A stretch of 64,000 bases of DNA, from NCBI GenBank assembly GCA_965223905.1, contig CBDCXV010000011.1, positions 1,376,001-1,440,000 on the forward strand, given 5' to 3'. The notes beneath the pieces are model-generated. The model was not told the origin of the DNA, did not search any database, and saw only the letters and a list, made by a program, of their open reading frames with translations. Numbering within the stretch: position 1 is the first letter of the stretch; each line of letters opens with the position of its first letter. The stretch comes from Candidatus Latescibacterota bacterium (GTDB taxonomy: Bacteria; Latescibacterota; UBA2968; UBA8231). The translations under genes and the position numbers were made by a program. Shown here one piece after another: positions 51,159-61,564 of the stretch.

Positions 51159-51388
51159 CCTTCCCACTCCCAGTGGTCGGAGAAGTCGCAGTGGACGATG
51201 TCGCCGTGAATGGTCATGCGCCCGCGCAGGCTCCCCAGCTGCCGCTTGCGTGGAGTCTCCCGATAGGGATCGACCGTCGCGATGGGACGCTTCCGCAAAG
51301 TGACGACGAGGGATTCCCCCGTATCATGTACGGTCTTCAGCTCTTCGATGCACTTCGCCTTGAACTCGGAGATACCCATGGTCTTCAT
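51155..51388 (-). CDS. Phd/YefM family antitoxin
   Basis: MKTMGISEFKAKCIEELKTVHDTGESLVVTLRKRPIA; overlaps the vapC start. Confidence 0.9.
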   Translation of the reverse strand: MKTMGISEFKAKCIEELKTVHDTGESLVVTLRKRPIATVDPYRETPRKRQLGSLRGRMTIHGDIVHCDFSDHWEWEG

Positions 51389-51437
51389 GGTCGACTTTCC
51401 TTCCACCGGAACGGATTTTTGTATTCGAACATCAGGG

Positions 51438-51467
51438 AATTTACACCTGGTCAAATGACCAGGTCAA
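51438..51467 (-). promoter_or_regulatory. phd-vapC promoter with palindromic operator
   Basis: ACCTGGTCA-aa-TGACCAGGT (51445-51464) spanning a minus-strand TTGACC-N18-TAAATT. Confidence 0.7.
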
Positions 51468-51497
51468 TTACGGGCCTAGTGCTTGCGCGCCCAGGCA

Positions 51498-52634
51498 CTA
51501 TAGCCCCTCCACGGTTCCCTCGATCAGGAGGTCGACCACGGCCCGGAGGGCCTCCTCCCGCGACTTACCGGACTGCAGCGCCCTCCGGTAAGCCTCCCTC
51601 TGCAGGTGCGAGCTGGTCCCCCGCTGGAGGATCCTGCGCGCGTGTTCCACCTCGGCGACGCACTCGAACTGTTCGGCATCTTCGCGAACGAGGTCGAGGA
51701 GCTCGTCGATCAGCTGGGCATACCCCACGATCTCGCCGCGGCCGAAGTCGACCATGCCTTCGTCGAGGCCGTAGCGCTGCGCGCGCCAGCGGTTCTCCTC
51801 GACCAGGAACGGAGCGTAGATCCGCCAGCGCTGATTGTCGCGGCGGAGCCTGAAGAGCATGCGGCAGATGCAGCGAAACAGGGCTGCGCAGCAGAGCGCA
51901 TCCTCCAGCTTCGTGCAGACATCGGTGATGCGCATTTCGAGGGTGGGGAAACGGGCGTTCGGGCGCACGTCCCACCAGAGCTTCGTCGCGTCCTCGATCA
52001 GGCCGGCCGAGACCATCAGGCCGACGGTGCGCCTGAACTCCCCGTAGCTCTCGAAGCGTTCGGGCAGGCCCGTGCGCGGCAGCTCGTCGAAAACGCACAG
52101 GCGGTACGACTGCAGGCCGGTCTCGGTCCCCTCCCAGAACGGCGAAGAGGTGCTCAGCGCCAGCAGGTGCGGGAGGAAGTAGGATACCTGGTTGAGGATG
52201 TCGATCCGCAGGTCTTCGTCCTCGATGCCGACGTGGACGTGCATCCCGCAGATGAGCAGCCGCTGGGCGACGACCTGGAGGTCCTTGTGCAGGATTTCGT
52301 AGCGCGGCTTGTCGGTGTGCTTCTGGTCCCGCCAGCGGGCGAAGGGGTGCGTGGAGGCGGCTATCGGGGCGAATCCGTGACCGCCGGCGATCCCGGCCAC
52401 GGTGCGCCGCAGGTGCTTGAGTTCCTCCCCGACTTCCCGGATCGATCCGCAGACCGAGGTCCCGATCTCGATCTGGGGACGCAGGAACTCCGGGCTGAAG
52501 TGCCCGGAAAGCCGGCTCTCGAACTCCGCGATCAAATCCGGGGACGGTTCGCTGACCAGGTTCCGCGAACCCCGGTCGACGAGCAGGTACTCCTCTTCGA
52601 CGCCGATGCTGAAGCTCGGCTCCCGCAGGGACAT
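51498..52634 (-). CDS. ybdK: Carboxylate-amine ligase (YbdK/GCS2 family)
   Basis: SIGVEEEYLLVD, CGMHVHVG, ALSTSSPFW, WWDVRP, TLEMRITD. Confidence 0.9.
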   Translation of the reverse strand: MSLREPSFSIGVEEEYLLVDRGSRNLVSEPSPDLIAEFESRLSGHFSPEFLRPQIEIGTSVCGSIREVGEELKHLRRTVAGIAGGHGFAPIAASTHPFARWRDQKHTDKPRYEILHKDLQVVAQRLLICGMHVHVGIEDEDLRIDILNQVSYFLPHLLALSTSSPFWEGTETGLQSYRLCVFDELPRTGLPERFESYGEFRRTVGLMVSAGLIEDATKLWWDVRPNARFPTLEMRITDVCTKLEDALCCAALFRCICRMLFRLRRDNQRWRIYAPFLVEENRWRAQRYGLDEGMVDFGRGEIVGYAQLIDELLDLVREDAEQFECVAEVEHARRILQRGTSSHLQREAYRRALQSGKSREEALRAVVDLLIEGTVEGL

Positions 52635-52672
52635 CAGCGCACCTCGCTGTTCATGCTGCAGCCGGCAGGCAC

Positions 52673-53467
52673 TTAGAACTCGGCGATCTCCTCCGGCTCG
52701 AGCACGATCGCCTCGACCTCCGGGGCGTGCTTCTTCAGCGCCTCGAGGAAAGCATCCGGCGTCGGGTCCATGGTGTCGAAAACGCCGTAGTGCGCCGGGA
52801 TCACGTACCTCGGGTTGATCATGCCGACGGCGTACCCGGCGCTGTCCCCGCCGACCGTGAAGCCGCCCCCGCAGATATTGAGGATCGCCAGGTCCGGCTT
52901 GTAGTAGTCGCCGATCACCAGCTTGAGGTCGGAGCACAGGCCGGTGTCGGAGGAGATGTAGACCTTGAAGCCGTTCTCGAACTCGACGACGAAGCCGATC
53001 GGATCGCCGACGTCGTGGCCCTTGAGGCGGCCGTCGTCGAGCAGGACGATCTCCGAGGAGGTGTGCTCGCAGTGGACGCCGGAAACCGAGATGCCGTCGA
53101 TCGGCGGCAGGGGTCCGCGGTTCATCCCCCAGCCGTTGTTGCAGAAGTTCTCCAGGCCGGTGTGCTCGCGGATGTAGACCGCGGTCTCCACCGGCGTCAG
53201 GATGATCGGGTCGAAGCGCTCGGAGAGGGCGGCGATGTCGCCGAGGTTGAGGTGATCGAAGTGGGCGTGCGTCTGCAGGATGATGTCGACGTTGCCGAAG
53301 GCGCCCACGTCCTGCTTGTACTTGTCCGGCACCGCGGGGTTGCCGTCGGGGAAGAAGTCGTTGCCCGTGAGCCAGGGATCGACCAGCAGCACCTTGCCCT
53401 CCGGCGAGGTCAGCTTGAGGGTGGCGAAGCCGATCATCTGCACCTGGACTTTTCCGTTGCCAGCCAT
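52673..53467 (-). CDS. Metallo-beta-lactamase-fold hydrolase (UPF0173-like)
   Basis: LVDPWL, THAHFDH, HTS, SDTG, IPAHYG. Confidence 0.88.
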   Translation of the reverse strand: MAGNGKVQVQMIGFATLKLTSPEGKVLLVDPWLTGNDFFPDGNPAVPDKYKQDVGAFGNVDIILQTHAHFDHLNLGDIAALSERFDPIILTPVETAVYIREHTGLENFCNNGWGMNRGPLPPIDGISVSGVHCEHTSSEIVLLDDGRLKGHDVGDPIGFVVEFENGFKVYISSDTGLCSDLKLVIGDYYKPDLAILNICGGGFTVGGDSAGYAVGMINPRYVIPAHYGVFDTMDPTPDAFLEALKKHAPEVEAIVLEPEEIAEF

Positions 53468-53774
53468 GCCGTGTCTCCTTGCGAAATGTGATTTCCCGTT
53501 GGTCCCGTCCGCCGTGAGGTAAACAACTGCCATTCACCTGCCGGCGCTACCGCGGCCAGCTCCGACCGGAGGTGCAGCAGTTCCTGCGGCGGGTCGAGCT
53601 GCGGGCCCGGCGCAGTAACCAGCCTGCGGGAACGGCAGGAGGCGTTAGGACAGAGAGGGTCCTTTGATGTAATTCAGTCGGTCCGGCAAAACTGGTACCG
53701 GGAACCAACCCGGTCGTCCCAAGCCCGGGCGCGGTGTCCTGGGACAAGGCAGCGCATCGAAAGGGATTCGGAAC

Positions 53775-56700
53775 ATGTACCGGAACTGGTTGTTCGGAGC
53801 CGTCGCCGCAAGCGCCATCCTGCCGACGGACGGAGGGGCAGGTGAAGATTTCCTGGGCGGCAACGGCGGTTTCGAGCTGGGCGATTTCAGCTCCTGGACG
53901 GTCGTCAGCGGCCAGGGGTGGGACGTGGTGGAGTTCGATCATCCCGGCAAGAGCGGGCGCTTCTACGCCACGACCTGCAACGAGATATGGCCGGGCGACG
54001 GCGGCTGCAAGAACGGCAACGGCGAGCGCGACACCGGTGTGCTATCCTCCGCGGTCTTCACCGCTCCGGGGGGATTCCTCGAGTTCAGGATCTCGGGGTT
54101 CAACGGCCCCTCCTGCGACAACGACCTCAGCCACATCTCGCTCAGAAAAGCTTCCAACCACGAGGAGCTTCGGAAAGAGCTGCTTCCCTGCCAGAACCCC
54201 TTCAAGCGGCACCGCTGGAGCCTCGAGGACCTCGCCGGGGTGGAGGTCTATGTCCGGGTAGAGGACGCCGATGCCCAGTCCGGGTGGGCGTGGATCGCAG
54301 TGGACGGATTCCGGTTGACGAGCGAACCGCCGGACAGCCTCGCCCCGGCCGCTTCGGACAGCGCCCTTGCCCTTGCCGATCTCCAGACAGACGGGATCAC
54401 CTTCACCTCGCGTCCCGACGGCTGGCAGGGGATCTACACCATCGAGGACGGCGAGGTGAGGCCCGCTGTCCCCCACGTGGACTGGAAACTCTGGAACCCC
54501 TCCTGGTCGCCGGACGGACGGGCGCTGGCCGCGGTGTCCAATCGCTTCACGTCGAACCTGGAGATATACCTGTTCTTTTTCGACCCCGACGGCGGCGCCG
54601 CGGGGTACCGGGCTCTGACGAACCACCGCGGGGCGGACCACCAGCCTGCCTGGTCTCCGGACGGTGCTCGGATCGCCTTCGTTTCGGACCGCACCGGGGA
54701 GGGAGATCTGTACCTGGTTCCCGCCACGGGGGGCGATCCGGTTCGGCTGACTCAGGGAGCGCCGGCCTCGCATCCCAGCTGGTCGCCCGACGGCGAGCGC
54801 ATCGCCTTCTCACAGGAAGGGGACATCCGCTCCGTCGACCCCCTCACCGGAGCGGTCGCCGTGCTCTCCGACGCCCCGGAATGGGAAGCGTACCCCGCAT
54901 GGTCTCCCGGCGGAGGCCGGATCGCCTTCTCCGCCGACGGGGAGCTCGCGATCCTCGACCTGCAACAGGGAACCCGCCGCCGGATCACCCGCGGCTACTC
55001 CCACGTAGCCTTTCCGTCCTGGTCGCCGGACCAGGCCTTCATCGCCTTCTCTTCGTACCGAGAGGGCGCTTCGGATATCTATCTGGTTGAAATCGCCTCG
55101 GAGCGCATCGCCCGGATCACCCATGCCCGCGACACCTGGGGCAACAGGGAACCGGTCTGGGTTCCCGAAGACCTTGCGGCTTCCGCTCCACCAGTAAGGG
55201 TGCCGCCTCGCCATGGCAGCAGAACGAAAGTCGAGGCGACCCTCCTGGGGGATGGGGCGGCCGGGCTGACTCTCGAGTTCACCCTCGCCATCGCCGGCCG
55301 TCCCGCCGACTACGCCTGGAGCGCGGTCACCGACTCGAACGGCCGCGGGGAGCTGACCATTTCCAGCGCCAAAAGAGTGACCGGCTTCTACCACGCCCGC
55401 GCCCGCAACATGGCGGGAGAGGTGGTGGGCAGGTGGCTCGGCATTCCCCTGAACGAAGGGCGCCGCCAGGTTCTGGAGCTGACTCTAGGAGGCGGGGTAC
55501 GGGTGGTGGCGGTTGAACGGCTCAAGCCCGCGAGAGAAGAGGTGCCGCGGAAGCAGCCCGGACTGGTTGCCCACTACCCCTTCGACGGAGATGCCCGCGA
55601 CGCCAGCGGCAACGGCTACCACGGCACCATGAGGGGCCCCGTGCCCACCCGGGACCGCTCAGGCAACGATGGCGGCGCCGTTCTGTTCTACGAAACCGAC
55701 CACCGCATCGACCTTCCGCACCAGGTGCTCGACGGCCTGTTCGACGTCACCGTCTCCTTCTGGCTGAAGACCTCCAAGTCCGGAGCCCAGACGATCCTCA
55801 GCGGCGCCAACCAGAGCAACGACAACGAGCACATCGTCTTTTTCATCAGCGAAAGCCGGTTCCGCTTCTACTCGCATGGCAGGGCAAGACAGGACCAGCC
55901 CTGGTGCGACGTCGACCTCCAGCCGATCGACGACGGCGCCTGGCATCACTTCGCCGTGGTCCGCAATACCTCGGAGGGCAACGCCGACTTCTTCGTCGAC
56001 GGCGTCGGCTATACCGATCAATGCGGATACTTGGAGTACGGGAGGCTCGTCATCGATGCGGGAGGGCTCATCCTCGGCCAGGACCAGGACCGGTTGGGCG
56101 GGGGGTTCGACTCCAGCCAGGTTCTCAGGGGCATTCTGGACGACCTCAGGATTTACGCCAGGACGCTGTCGGCCGCCGACGTGCAGGCACTTATGGGGGA
56201 AAGCGCACCCCCCGAGGCCGTGAAGGAAGAGGTGCCCCGGGAGCCCGAATTGGTTGCTCACTACCCATTTGACGGAGGTGCCCGCGACGCCAGCGGCAAC
56301 GGCTACCACGGCGACATGATTGGCCCCGTGCCCACGCCGGACCGCTTCGGCAAGGAAGACGGGGCCGTGCTTTTCTCTGGAAGCGACCACCGCATCGACC
56401 TTCCGCACCAGGCGCTCGACGGCCTGTTCGACGTCACCATTTCCTTCTGGCTGAAGACCACCAAGTCCGGAGCGCAGTCCATCGTCAGCGGCGCCAACCG
56501 GAGCAACGACAACGAGCACATCGTCTATTTCCGGAACGAAAGCCAGATCCGCTTCTTCTCCCATGGCAGGGCCGACCCGAACCTGCCTGATTGTGACGTC
56601 GATATCCAGCCGATCAACGACGGCGCCTGGCATCACTTCGCGGTGGTCCGCAACGCCTCGGAGGGCAACGCCGACTTCTACTTGGACGGATTCGGCTATC

Positions 56701-57212
56701 TGGATCGCTGCGGAAACCTGGAATACCGAACGCTCCGGATCGATGCCGGAGGGCTCATCCTCGGCCAGGAGCAGGACCGGTTGGGCGGAAAGTTCGACGC
56801 CACCCAGGTTCTCAGAGGCGCGCTGGACGACCTCAGGATCTACGGCTGGGCGCTGTCGACCGCCGAGGTGCAGGCCCTCATGGATGAAAGCGCACCCGCC
56901 GCGGGCGGACAGGTGGCGTCCCATTACCTGCCGGCTTCCATCGGCCTGGAGCCCAGCTTTCCCAACCCCTTCAACAGCTCCACGCAGATCCCCTACCGCC
57001 TGGCCGGCCCAGGCCGGGTGCGACTGGAGATCTACAACGTCCTAGGCCAGCTGGTGCGCACCCTGGTGGACGAGGACCGGCCCGCCGGCTCCCACCAGGC
57101 CGGCTGGGACGCCCGCGATGGGCATGGCGCACCGATGGCCGCGGGGGTCTACCTGGCGCGCCTGCAGTACCCAGGCGGAGTGGAGACGCGGCGGCTCCTC
57201 TATCTCGAGTAA
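53775..57212 (+). CDS. Large secreted protein: N-terminal carbohydrate-binding-like domain, TolB/PD40 propeller, two LamG/pentraxin domains, C-terminal FlgD-Ig sorting-type domain
   Basis: PxWSPDG repeats; two AHYPFDG..DASGNG...WHHFAVV...LGQDQD...LDDLRIY units; FPNPFNSSTQIPY...IYNVLGQLVRTL...GVY. Confidence 0.85.
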   Translation: MYRNWLFGAVAASAILPTDGGAGEDFLGGNGGFELGDFSSWTVVSGQGWDVVEFDHPGKSGRFYATTCNEIWPGDGGCKNGNGERDTGVLSSAVFTAPGGFLEFRISGFNGPSCDNDLSHISLRKASNHEELRKELLPCQNPFKRHRWSLEDLAGVEVYVRVEDADAQSGWAWIAVDGFRLTSEPPDSLAPAASDSALALADLQTDGITFTSRPDGWQGIYTIEDGEVRPAVPHVDWKLWNPSWSPDGRALAAVSNRFTSNLEIYLFFFDPDGGAAGYRALTNHRGADHQPAWSPDGARIAFVSDRTGEGDLYLVPATGGDPVRLTQGAPASHPSWSPDGERIAFSQEGDIRSVDPLTGAVAVLSDAPEWEAYPAWSPGGGRIAFSADGELAILDLQQGTRRRITRGYSHVAFPSWSPDQAFIAFSSYREGASDIYLVEIASERIARITHARDTWGNREPVWVPEDLAASAPPVRVPPRHGSRTKVEATLLGDGAAGLTLEFTLAIAGRPADYAWSAVTDSNGRGELTISSAKRVTGFYHARARNMAGEVVGRWLGIPLNEGRRQVLELTLGGGVRVVAVERLKPAREEVPRKQPGLVAHYPFDGDARDASGNGYHGTMRGPVPTRDRSGNDGGAVLFYETDHRIDLPHQVLDGLFDVTVSFWLKTSKSGAQTILSGANQSNDNEHIVFFISESRFRFYSHGRARQDQPWCDVDLQPIDDGAWHHFAVVRNTSEGNADFFVDGVGYTDQCGYLEYGRLVIDAGGLILGQDQDRLGGGFDSSQVLRGILDDLRIYARTLSAADVQALMGESAPPEAVKEEVPREPELVAHYPFDGGARDASGNGYHGDMIGPVPTPDRFGKEDGAVLFSGSDHRIDLPHQALDGLFDVTISFWLKTTKSGAQSIVSGANRSNDNEHIVYFRNESQIRFFSHGRADPNLPDCDVDIQPINDGAWHHFAVVRNASEGNADFYLDGFGYLDRCGNLEYRTLRIDAGGLILGQEQDRLGGKFDATQVLRGALDDLRIYGWALSTAEVQALMDESAPAAGGQVASHYLPASIGLEPSFPNPFNSSTQIPYRLAGPGRVRLEIYNVLGQLVRTLVDEDRPAGSHQAGWDARDGHGAPMAAGVYLARLQYPGGVETRRLLYLE
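55540..56895 (+). repeat. Tandem intragenic duplication (~680 bp x2) of the LamG domain
   Basis: 55540-56212 and 56229-56895 share long identical stretches such as CACCGCATCGACCTTCCGCACCAGG. Confidence 0.88.
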
Positions 57213-57522
57213 GCCACCGCGGCGCTGTCAATGTCCACACCGGCCCGGTGACCGACCTGCTGCAGGGACTGCGCCGGCAGGCACCCCGCCCTGTCCCACA
57301 AATCCACTTGCCCGCTCTCCGGCTGCCCGGTCCCGTCGAGGGCCCCGGGCCTGGCGGCGTTCCGGGAATGCCAAGTGGGTTCGGAGCGATGCACCCGGTC
57401 TGCAACACCCGCCACCGGAGGGCGTGGGGGGATCGATTTTCGAGATGGTTCCGCGGCCTCCCGCAGCTATTCGGCAGCCCCAATGCATCCCCGGCCCGCC
57501 CCTCCACCCGGCTACCGCGACC

Positions 57523-59355
57523 TCAACGCAGGCGCAAGCGGGCGAGCAGGGGGTCGTGGTCGCTTGGGGCGCCGGAGAACTCGCAGTTGAGGTGGACGAC
57601 CTCGAAGCGCGGCCCGAGGTCGTGCAGGGCGCGGCTGACCAGCATGTGATCGAGCTCCTGGGAGTTGCCTTCGAAGATGTAGGAGTAGCGCTCCGTTGCC
57701 GGCAGGCCGGCGGCGAGATTGAACAGCACCTGCGGTCCGCGGCCGTAAGTGCCATCCAGGATGGCCATGGGGGTGCCGAACCGGAACTCGTTGAAGTCGC
57801 CCAGCAGCACGATCCTCGCCTCCGGGTCGGCGGCGAGCAGCCTGTCGACGTGGGCATTGAGGAAGGCCGCCTGGGCCTCGCGCTTGTCCAGCCCTCCGAT
57901 GGATGGCGGCTGCAGCGCCCCGAACAGCGGCGACGAACCCCCCCTCGAGGTGAGGTGGTTGTTGATCAGAACGACCCGTTCGCCCGCGAACCGGAAGGTG
58001 GCCTGCAGGGGCTTGCGCGCGCGCTCGAAGGCATCCTCGCCTTCGTCGTCCTCGAGGCGGAGGGAAGGCCCCACCAGCTCCACCCTTCCGGGATTGTAGA
58101 GGAAGCAGACGCGGATGTTGCCGCCGGGCTGGCCTCCGTCCTTCCCGTCCGCGGGGGGGTTGTCGAGCGCGGAATAGGCCGGCCCGCCGGCGCCGGCAAT
58201 GGCGTCGATCAGGGTCCGCAGGGTGCGGCCGGCCGCGGTGGTGCCGTCGTCGTCCGAGCCGCTGTCGTCCTGCACCTCCTGCAGGGCGAGGATGTCCGGG
58301 CTGTTGAGGTTGGCGACGATCTGTGCGGCGAGGGCGGCGAAGCGCCCGTCCGCGATATCTGCGTCCCCGTCGCCGTCCTCGGGATCGAGGTTGAGCAGGT
58401 TGAAGGAGGCGATCATCAGGTGGCTGGCGTCCCCTGACAGGGTAGCGCTCTCCCGGACCGGGGAGCCGGAGACCGGGGTGGGCGCCGTCGCCGGCAGCAC
58501 CTCGAAATTGCCGAACCGGTAGCCGACCACCCCGGTGACGTCCCCCAGCCGGTCGCCGGTGTCGACCTCCGGCATCGACCCCGGCATCAGGCTGTCGTCG
58601 ATCTGCAGGCGCTCCGGGTTGAAGTCCCCCGGGGCAATGGTGAGGCCGCCGCGGTGGTTGCGGCCGCTGGCCCCGGCCCCGAGATCGGCGACGACGTAGA
58701 TCTCGCCGAAGCGGGTGGTCGGGGCCAGGGCTTGGGCCGCGACGATGGTCACCCGCATCCCTTCGAGGCTCTCGAAGAAGTCGATGCCGTCGGAGGCCGG
58801 GTCGAAATGTGAAAAGCCGTCGTCGTCGATGGTCTCGGTAGGAGGCCGGCGGCCTGAAGCCCCGACGAAGACCGGGTCCGGCAGCGGGTTCCCCGACGAG
58901 GCCAGGGAAACCGACGGGGACCCGCCGATCTGGGTGACCGACAGGTTGTTGGTGCGGGCCCCGCCGGGAACGTATTCCCCCACCTTCCCGGCGACCGAGA
59001 CCGCGTCCCCCGCGGCGACCCGGGGCTTCTTCCGGGTGTAGACGAAGATGCCGTCGGAGGTCCGGTCGTCCCCGTCGCCGGCGGCGTCCTGCAGGTAGAA
59101 GCCGTTGGCCGCCACGGCCGTTACGACTCCCGAGGTTCGGACCCTGGCCCCGAGGTGCGGGGAGACGTGACCTGCCCCCTGGATCTCCCAAATCGACAGC
59201 ACACCACCAAGCTTCACGGTCCTGCTGCCTGCTGCGCTCGGGGTGGACGCGGTGCGGCCGCCTGCGTCCCCGTCTTTCGCTTCCCCGTAGCCGACCGGCA
59301 GGTTCCAGCCCACCCACGCCGCGGCCAGCACCAACATCCAGATTCGTCCTGTCAC
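57523..59355 (-). CDS. Secreted ExeM/YhcR-like endonuclease/exonuclease/phosphatase
   Basis: Signal peptide; OB-fold GVVTAV..NGFYLQD..SDGIFV; ASFNLLNL, LQEVQD, GDFN, LDHML, SDHDP; GTG start after GGAGG. Confidence 0.9.
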   Translation of the reverse strand: MTGRIWMLVLAAAWVGWNLPVGYGEAKDGDAGGRTASTPSAAGSRTVKLGGVLSIWEIQGAGHVSPHLGARVRTSGVVTAVAANGFYLQDAAGDGDDRTSDGIFVYTRKKPRVAAGDAVSVAGKVGEYVPGGARTNNLSVTQIGGSPSVSLASSGNPLPDPVFVGASGRRPPTETIDDDGFSHFDPASDGIDFFESLEGMRVTIVAAQALAPTTRFGEIYVVADLGAGASGRNHRGGLTIAPGDFNPERLQIDDSLMPGSMPEVDTGDRLGDVTGVVGYRFGNFEVLPATAPTPVSGSPVRESATLSGDASHLMIASFNLLNLDPEDGDGDADIADGRFAALAAQIVANLNSPDILALQEVQDDSGSDDDGTTAAGRTLRTLIDAIAGAGGPAYSALDNPPADGKDGGQPGGNIRVCFLYNPGRVELVGPSLRLEDDEGEDAFERARKPLQATFRFAGERVVLINNHLTSRGGSSPLFGALQPPSIGGLDKREAQAAFLNAHVDRLLAADPEARIVLLGDFNEFRFGTPMAILDGTYGRGPQVLFNLAAGLPATERYSYIFEGNSQELDHMLVSRALHDLGPRFEVVHLNCEFSGAPSDHDPLLARLRLR

Positions 59356-59552
59356 ATGAGCCTCCATCTCCACAGCGGCCCCGCGCAGGAACCAAGTGGA
59401 AGAAATGGGGTCCCCCAAAGTGGCAGAATCTGGGGGCCCCAATAGATTCTTGTTCCGGTTCCAACCCGGCCTGTCGACTCGTGGGATTCATCGAGGCTGC
59501 GAACCGGGACGAATGGGAACCTCCACATCATACCCCTGAACAAGGAGAACAC

Positions 59553-61364
59553 ATGAAGATTCGATTGGCGTTGCTCGCGCTCGCGATTTCCCTCTGGTCC
59601 TGTGGAGACGATGACGACGCTCCACTGGCCGCTCCGGAAGAAACGGTTCTGCGCCCGAGTGGGGAACTGATGCCCTGGGATCTTTCCGCGGTCGTGCCGA
59701 TCGACTCGGTCCGCGCCATTCCCCCGGGCACTCCCCTGTACATGCGCACCGAGTTCGCCAACGGCGAGCTTGCCGACCTCGAGATGACCTTCGTCCAGGT
59801 GGTCGACGATTTCCTGCAGCCCATGCCGGTCATCATGGTGGAATCCTCCGATCCGGTGCTGATCCAGCTCGGTGGCATCGCCCAGGGCATGAGCGGCTCC
59901 CCCGTCTTTTCCGAGCAGGGCACCATGGGGGCCATCGCCTACGGTTTCACTGCCCAGGACAACCCGCCGTTCTACTTCTTCGCCACGCCCATAGAATGGG
60001 TGATCGGCTCGCAGGGAACGGTGCCCGCGGCCAAACCCGCGGCCACGTGGGACGGGGCCCGCATCACCCCCCTGGAGATCCCCCTGGTGAGCACGGGACT
60101 CCACGGTCCGCCGCCGGCGGGAGGGGGTTCGTTTCCCCTGGGTGAGGCGGTTTCCGCCGGTCTGACCCAGGAACGCCAGGAGAGCTTCGAAGCCGGAAGG
60201 CCCCTGGCGGTCGGTCTGCTGCTCGGTGAAATGACCGGAGGCGGGATCGGAACCATTTCGTACGTCGACGGCAACCGGATATACGGGTTTGGGCATCCCA
60301 TGTTTGGAGTCGGCCCGGTTGAGCTTCCCATAATCGAGGCAAAGGTGCTCGGTGAAATTTCCAATCTCTCGGCTCCCTTCAAGTTCGCGACCCTGAACCC
60401 GACGGTGCGGGGTACCATAACCGAAGACCGATTGCCCGCGATTCGCGGCGTGCTCGACGAGGAGCCTGAGCTGGTACCGATCAGCAGCATGTACACCTTT
60501 CCATCCGGGAGCGAGCTCGAGCTCACGCACAGGATGCCCACCGTCGGTCTCGACCCGTATACCACGCTCAGTCTCCTCACGAATGCTTCTTTCGGTCCCT
60601 TGTACAACCGGATCGAAAACGACCCGGACCACAGTGTCCGCGTTACGACGAATATCTCCTTCGCCGGCACCGACTCAGTGCTTGCCCGCACCCGCCTGTA
60701 CGCCGAGCCGGATGGACGGCTTACCTCCTTGATCGGCGCTGCCTCCGGCGATTTGTCATTCGCACTCTCCGAGCTGATGACGAGGAACGATTACGCCCTG
60801 CAGGTGGCCGAGGCCGAGGTCCACGTCGAGATGATACCGGAACCTCGCTTCGCCAAGGTGGTGGAGGTCACCGCGGACACCGTGGCCGGTCTCGGGAGCA
60901 CGCTGACCATTTCCACTTCGCTGCGCGTGGGCCGGCGCCTCGACCGGGAAGTCGGGCTGGAGCTCGCCATACCGGATACGATTCCCCCCGGTTTCTACCG
61001 GCTCGAGGTCGCTTCCGCGGCCAACCTGGTGGATGACGAGGGAGGGGATTTCGGGTTCTTCGGACCGCCGGGATTCGGTTTCGGAGACGAGGGAAAGCTC
61101 GAGGATGTTTTCGTGCGTCTGAACGAACCGGACGAAAACATCGTCCTGAAGGCCCGCCTGACATTTTCCGCGCCGCCCCCTCCCCCGGAAATACCCGAGG
61201 GGGAGGCTCCCAGCGATGTTCCCGACACTGGACTGGGCGACATCCCGTTCTTCGGAGATTTCTTTCCTCCCGACGGCTCCCTGCCGACTGTTTCCACGGA
61301 GGAAGATGTGGGGCTGTATATCGAAGGCACACAGAGCATCGAGATCCAATTGACGGTGGAGTGA
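59553..61364 (+). CDS. SpoIVB peptidase S55-like lipoprotein
   Basis: Start MKIRLALL after AAGGAG; lipobox LWSC; GIAQGMSGSPV, GAIAYG, GFGHP. Confidence 0.8.
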   Translation: MKIRLALLALAISLWSCGDDDDAPLAAPEETVLRPSGELMPWDLSAVVPIDSVRAIPPGTPLYMRTEFANGELADLEMTFVQVVDDFLQPMPVIMVESSDPVLIQLGGIAQGMSGSPVFSEQGTMGAIAYGFTAQDNPPFYFFATPIEWVIGSQGTVPAAKPAATWDGARITPLEIPLVSTGLHGPPPAGGGSFPLGEAVSAGLTQERQESFEAGRPLAVGLLLGEMTGGGIGTISYVDGNRIYGFGHPMFGVGPVELPIIEAKVLGEISNLSAPFKFATLNPTVRGTITEDRLPAIRGVLDEEPELVPISSMYTFPSGSELELTHRMPTVGLDPYTTLSLLTNASFGPLYNRIENDPDHSVRVTTNISFAGTDSVLARTRLYAEPDGRLTSLIGAASGDLSFALSELMTRNDYALQVAEAEVHVEMIPEPRFAKVVEVTADTVAGLGSTLTISTSLRVGRRLDREVGLELAIPDTIPPGFYRLEVASAANLVDDEGGDFGFFGPPGFGFGDEGKLEDVFVRLNEPDENIVLKARLTFSAPPPPPEIPEGEAPSDVPDTGLGDIPFFGDFFPPDGSLPTVSTEEDVGLYIEGTQSIEIQLTVE

Positions 61365-61564
61365 CCGCCGGAGGCACCGGGGGCGGGCGGGAAGGTTGCC
61401 AATACCTCCCGCCTGGCTCCGGGCCGTCGGCCGGCAGTTCCGGGTTGGGGAAGGATTCGAAGAGGCCCGGCGCAAATCACCGGTTTCCGGGTATCAAAGA
61501 CCCGCTTCGCGGCAGGTTCCTCACCGCCTGCCACGCTGGCTACCCTCAAGCCATCCCTGCCGAA

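Noticed and set aside
53535-53650. Another orphan gene tail (RYRGQLRPEVQQFLRRVELRARR)
   Set aside because: No parent gene in the window to confirm it
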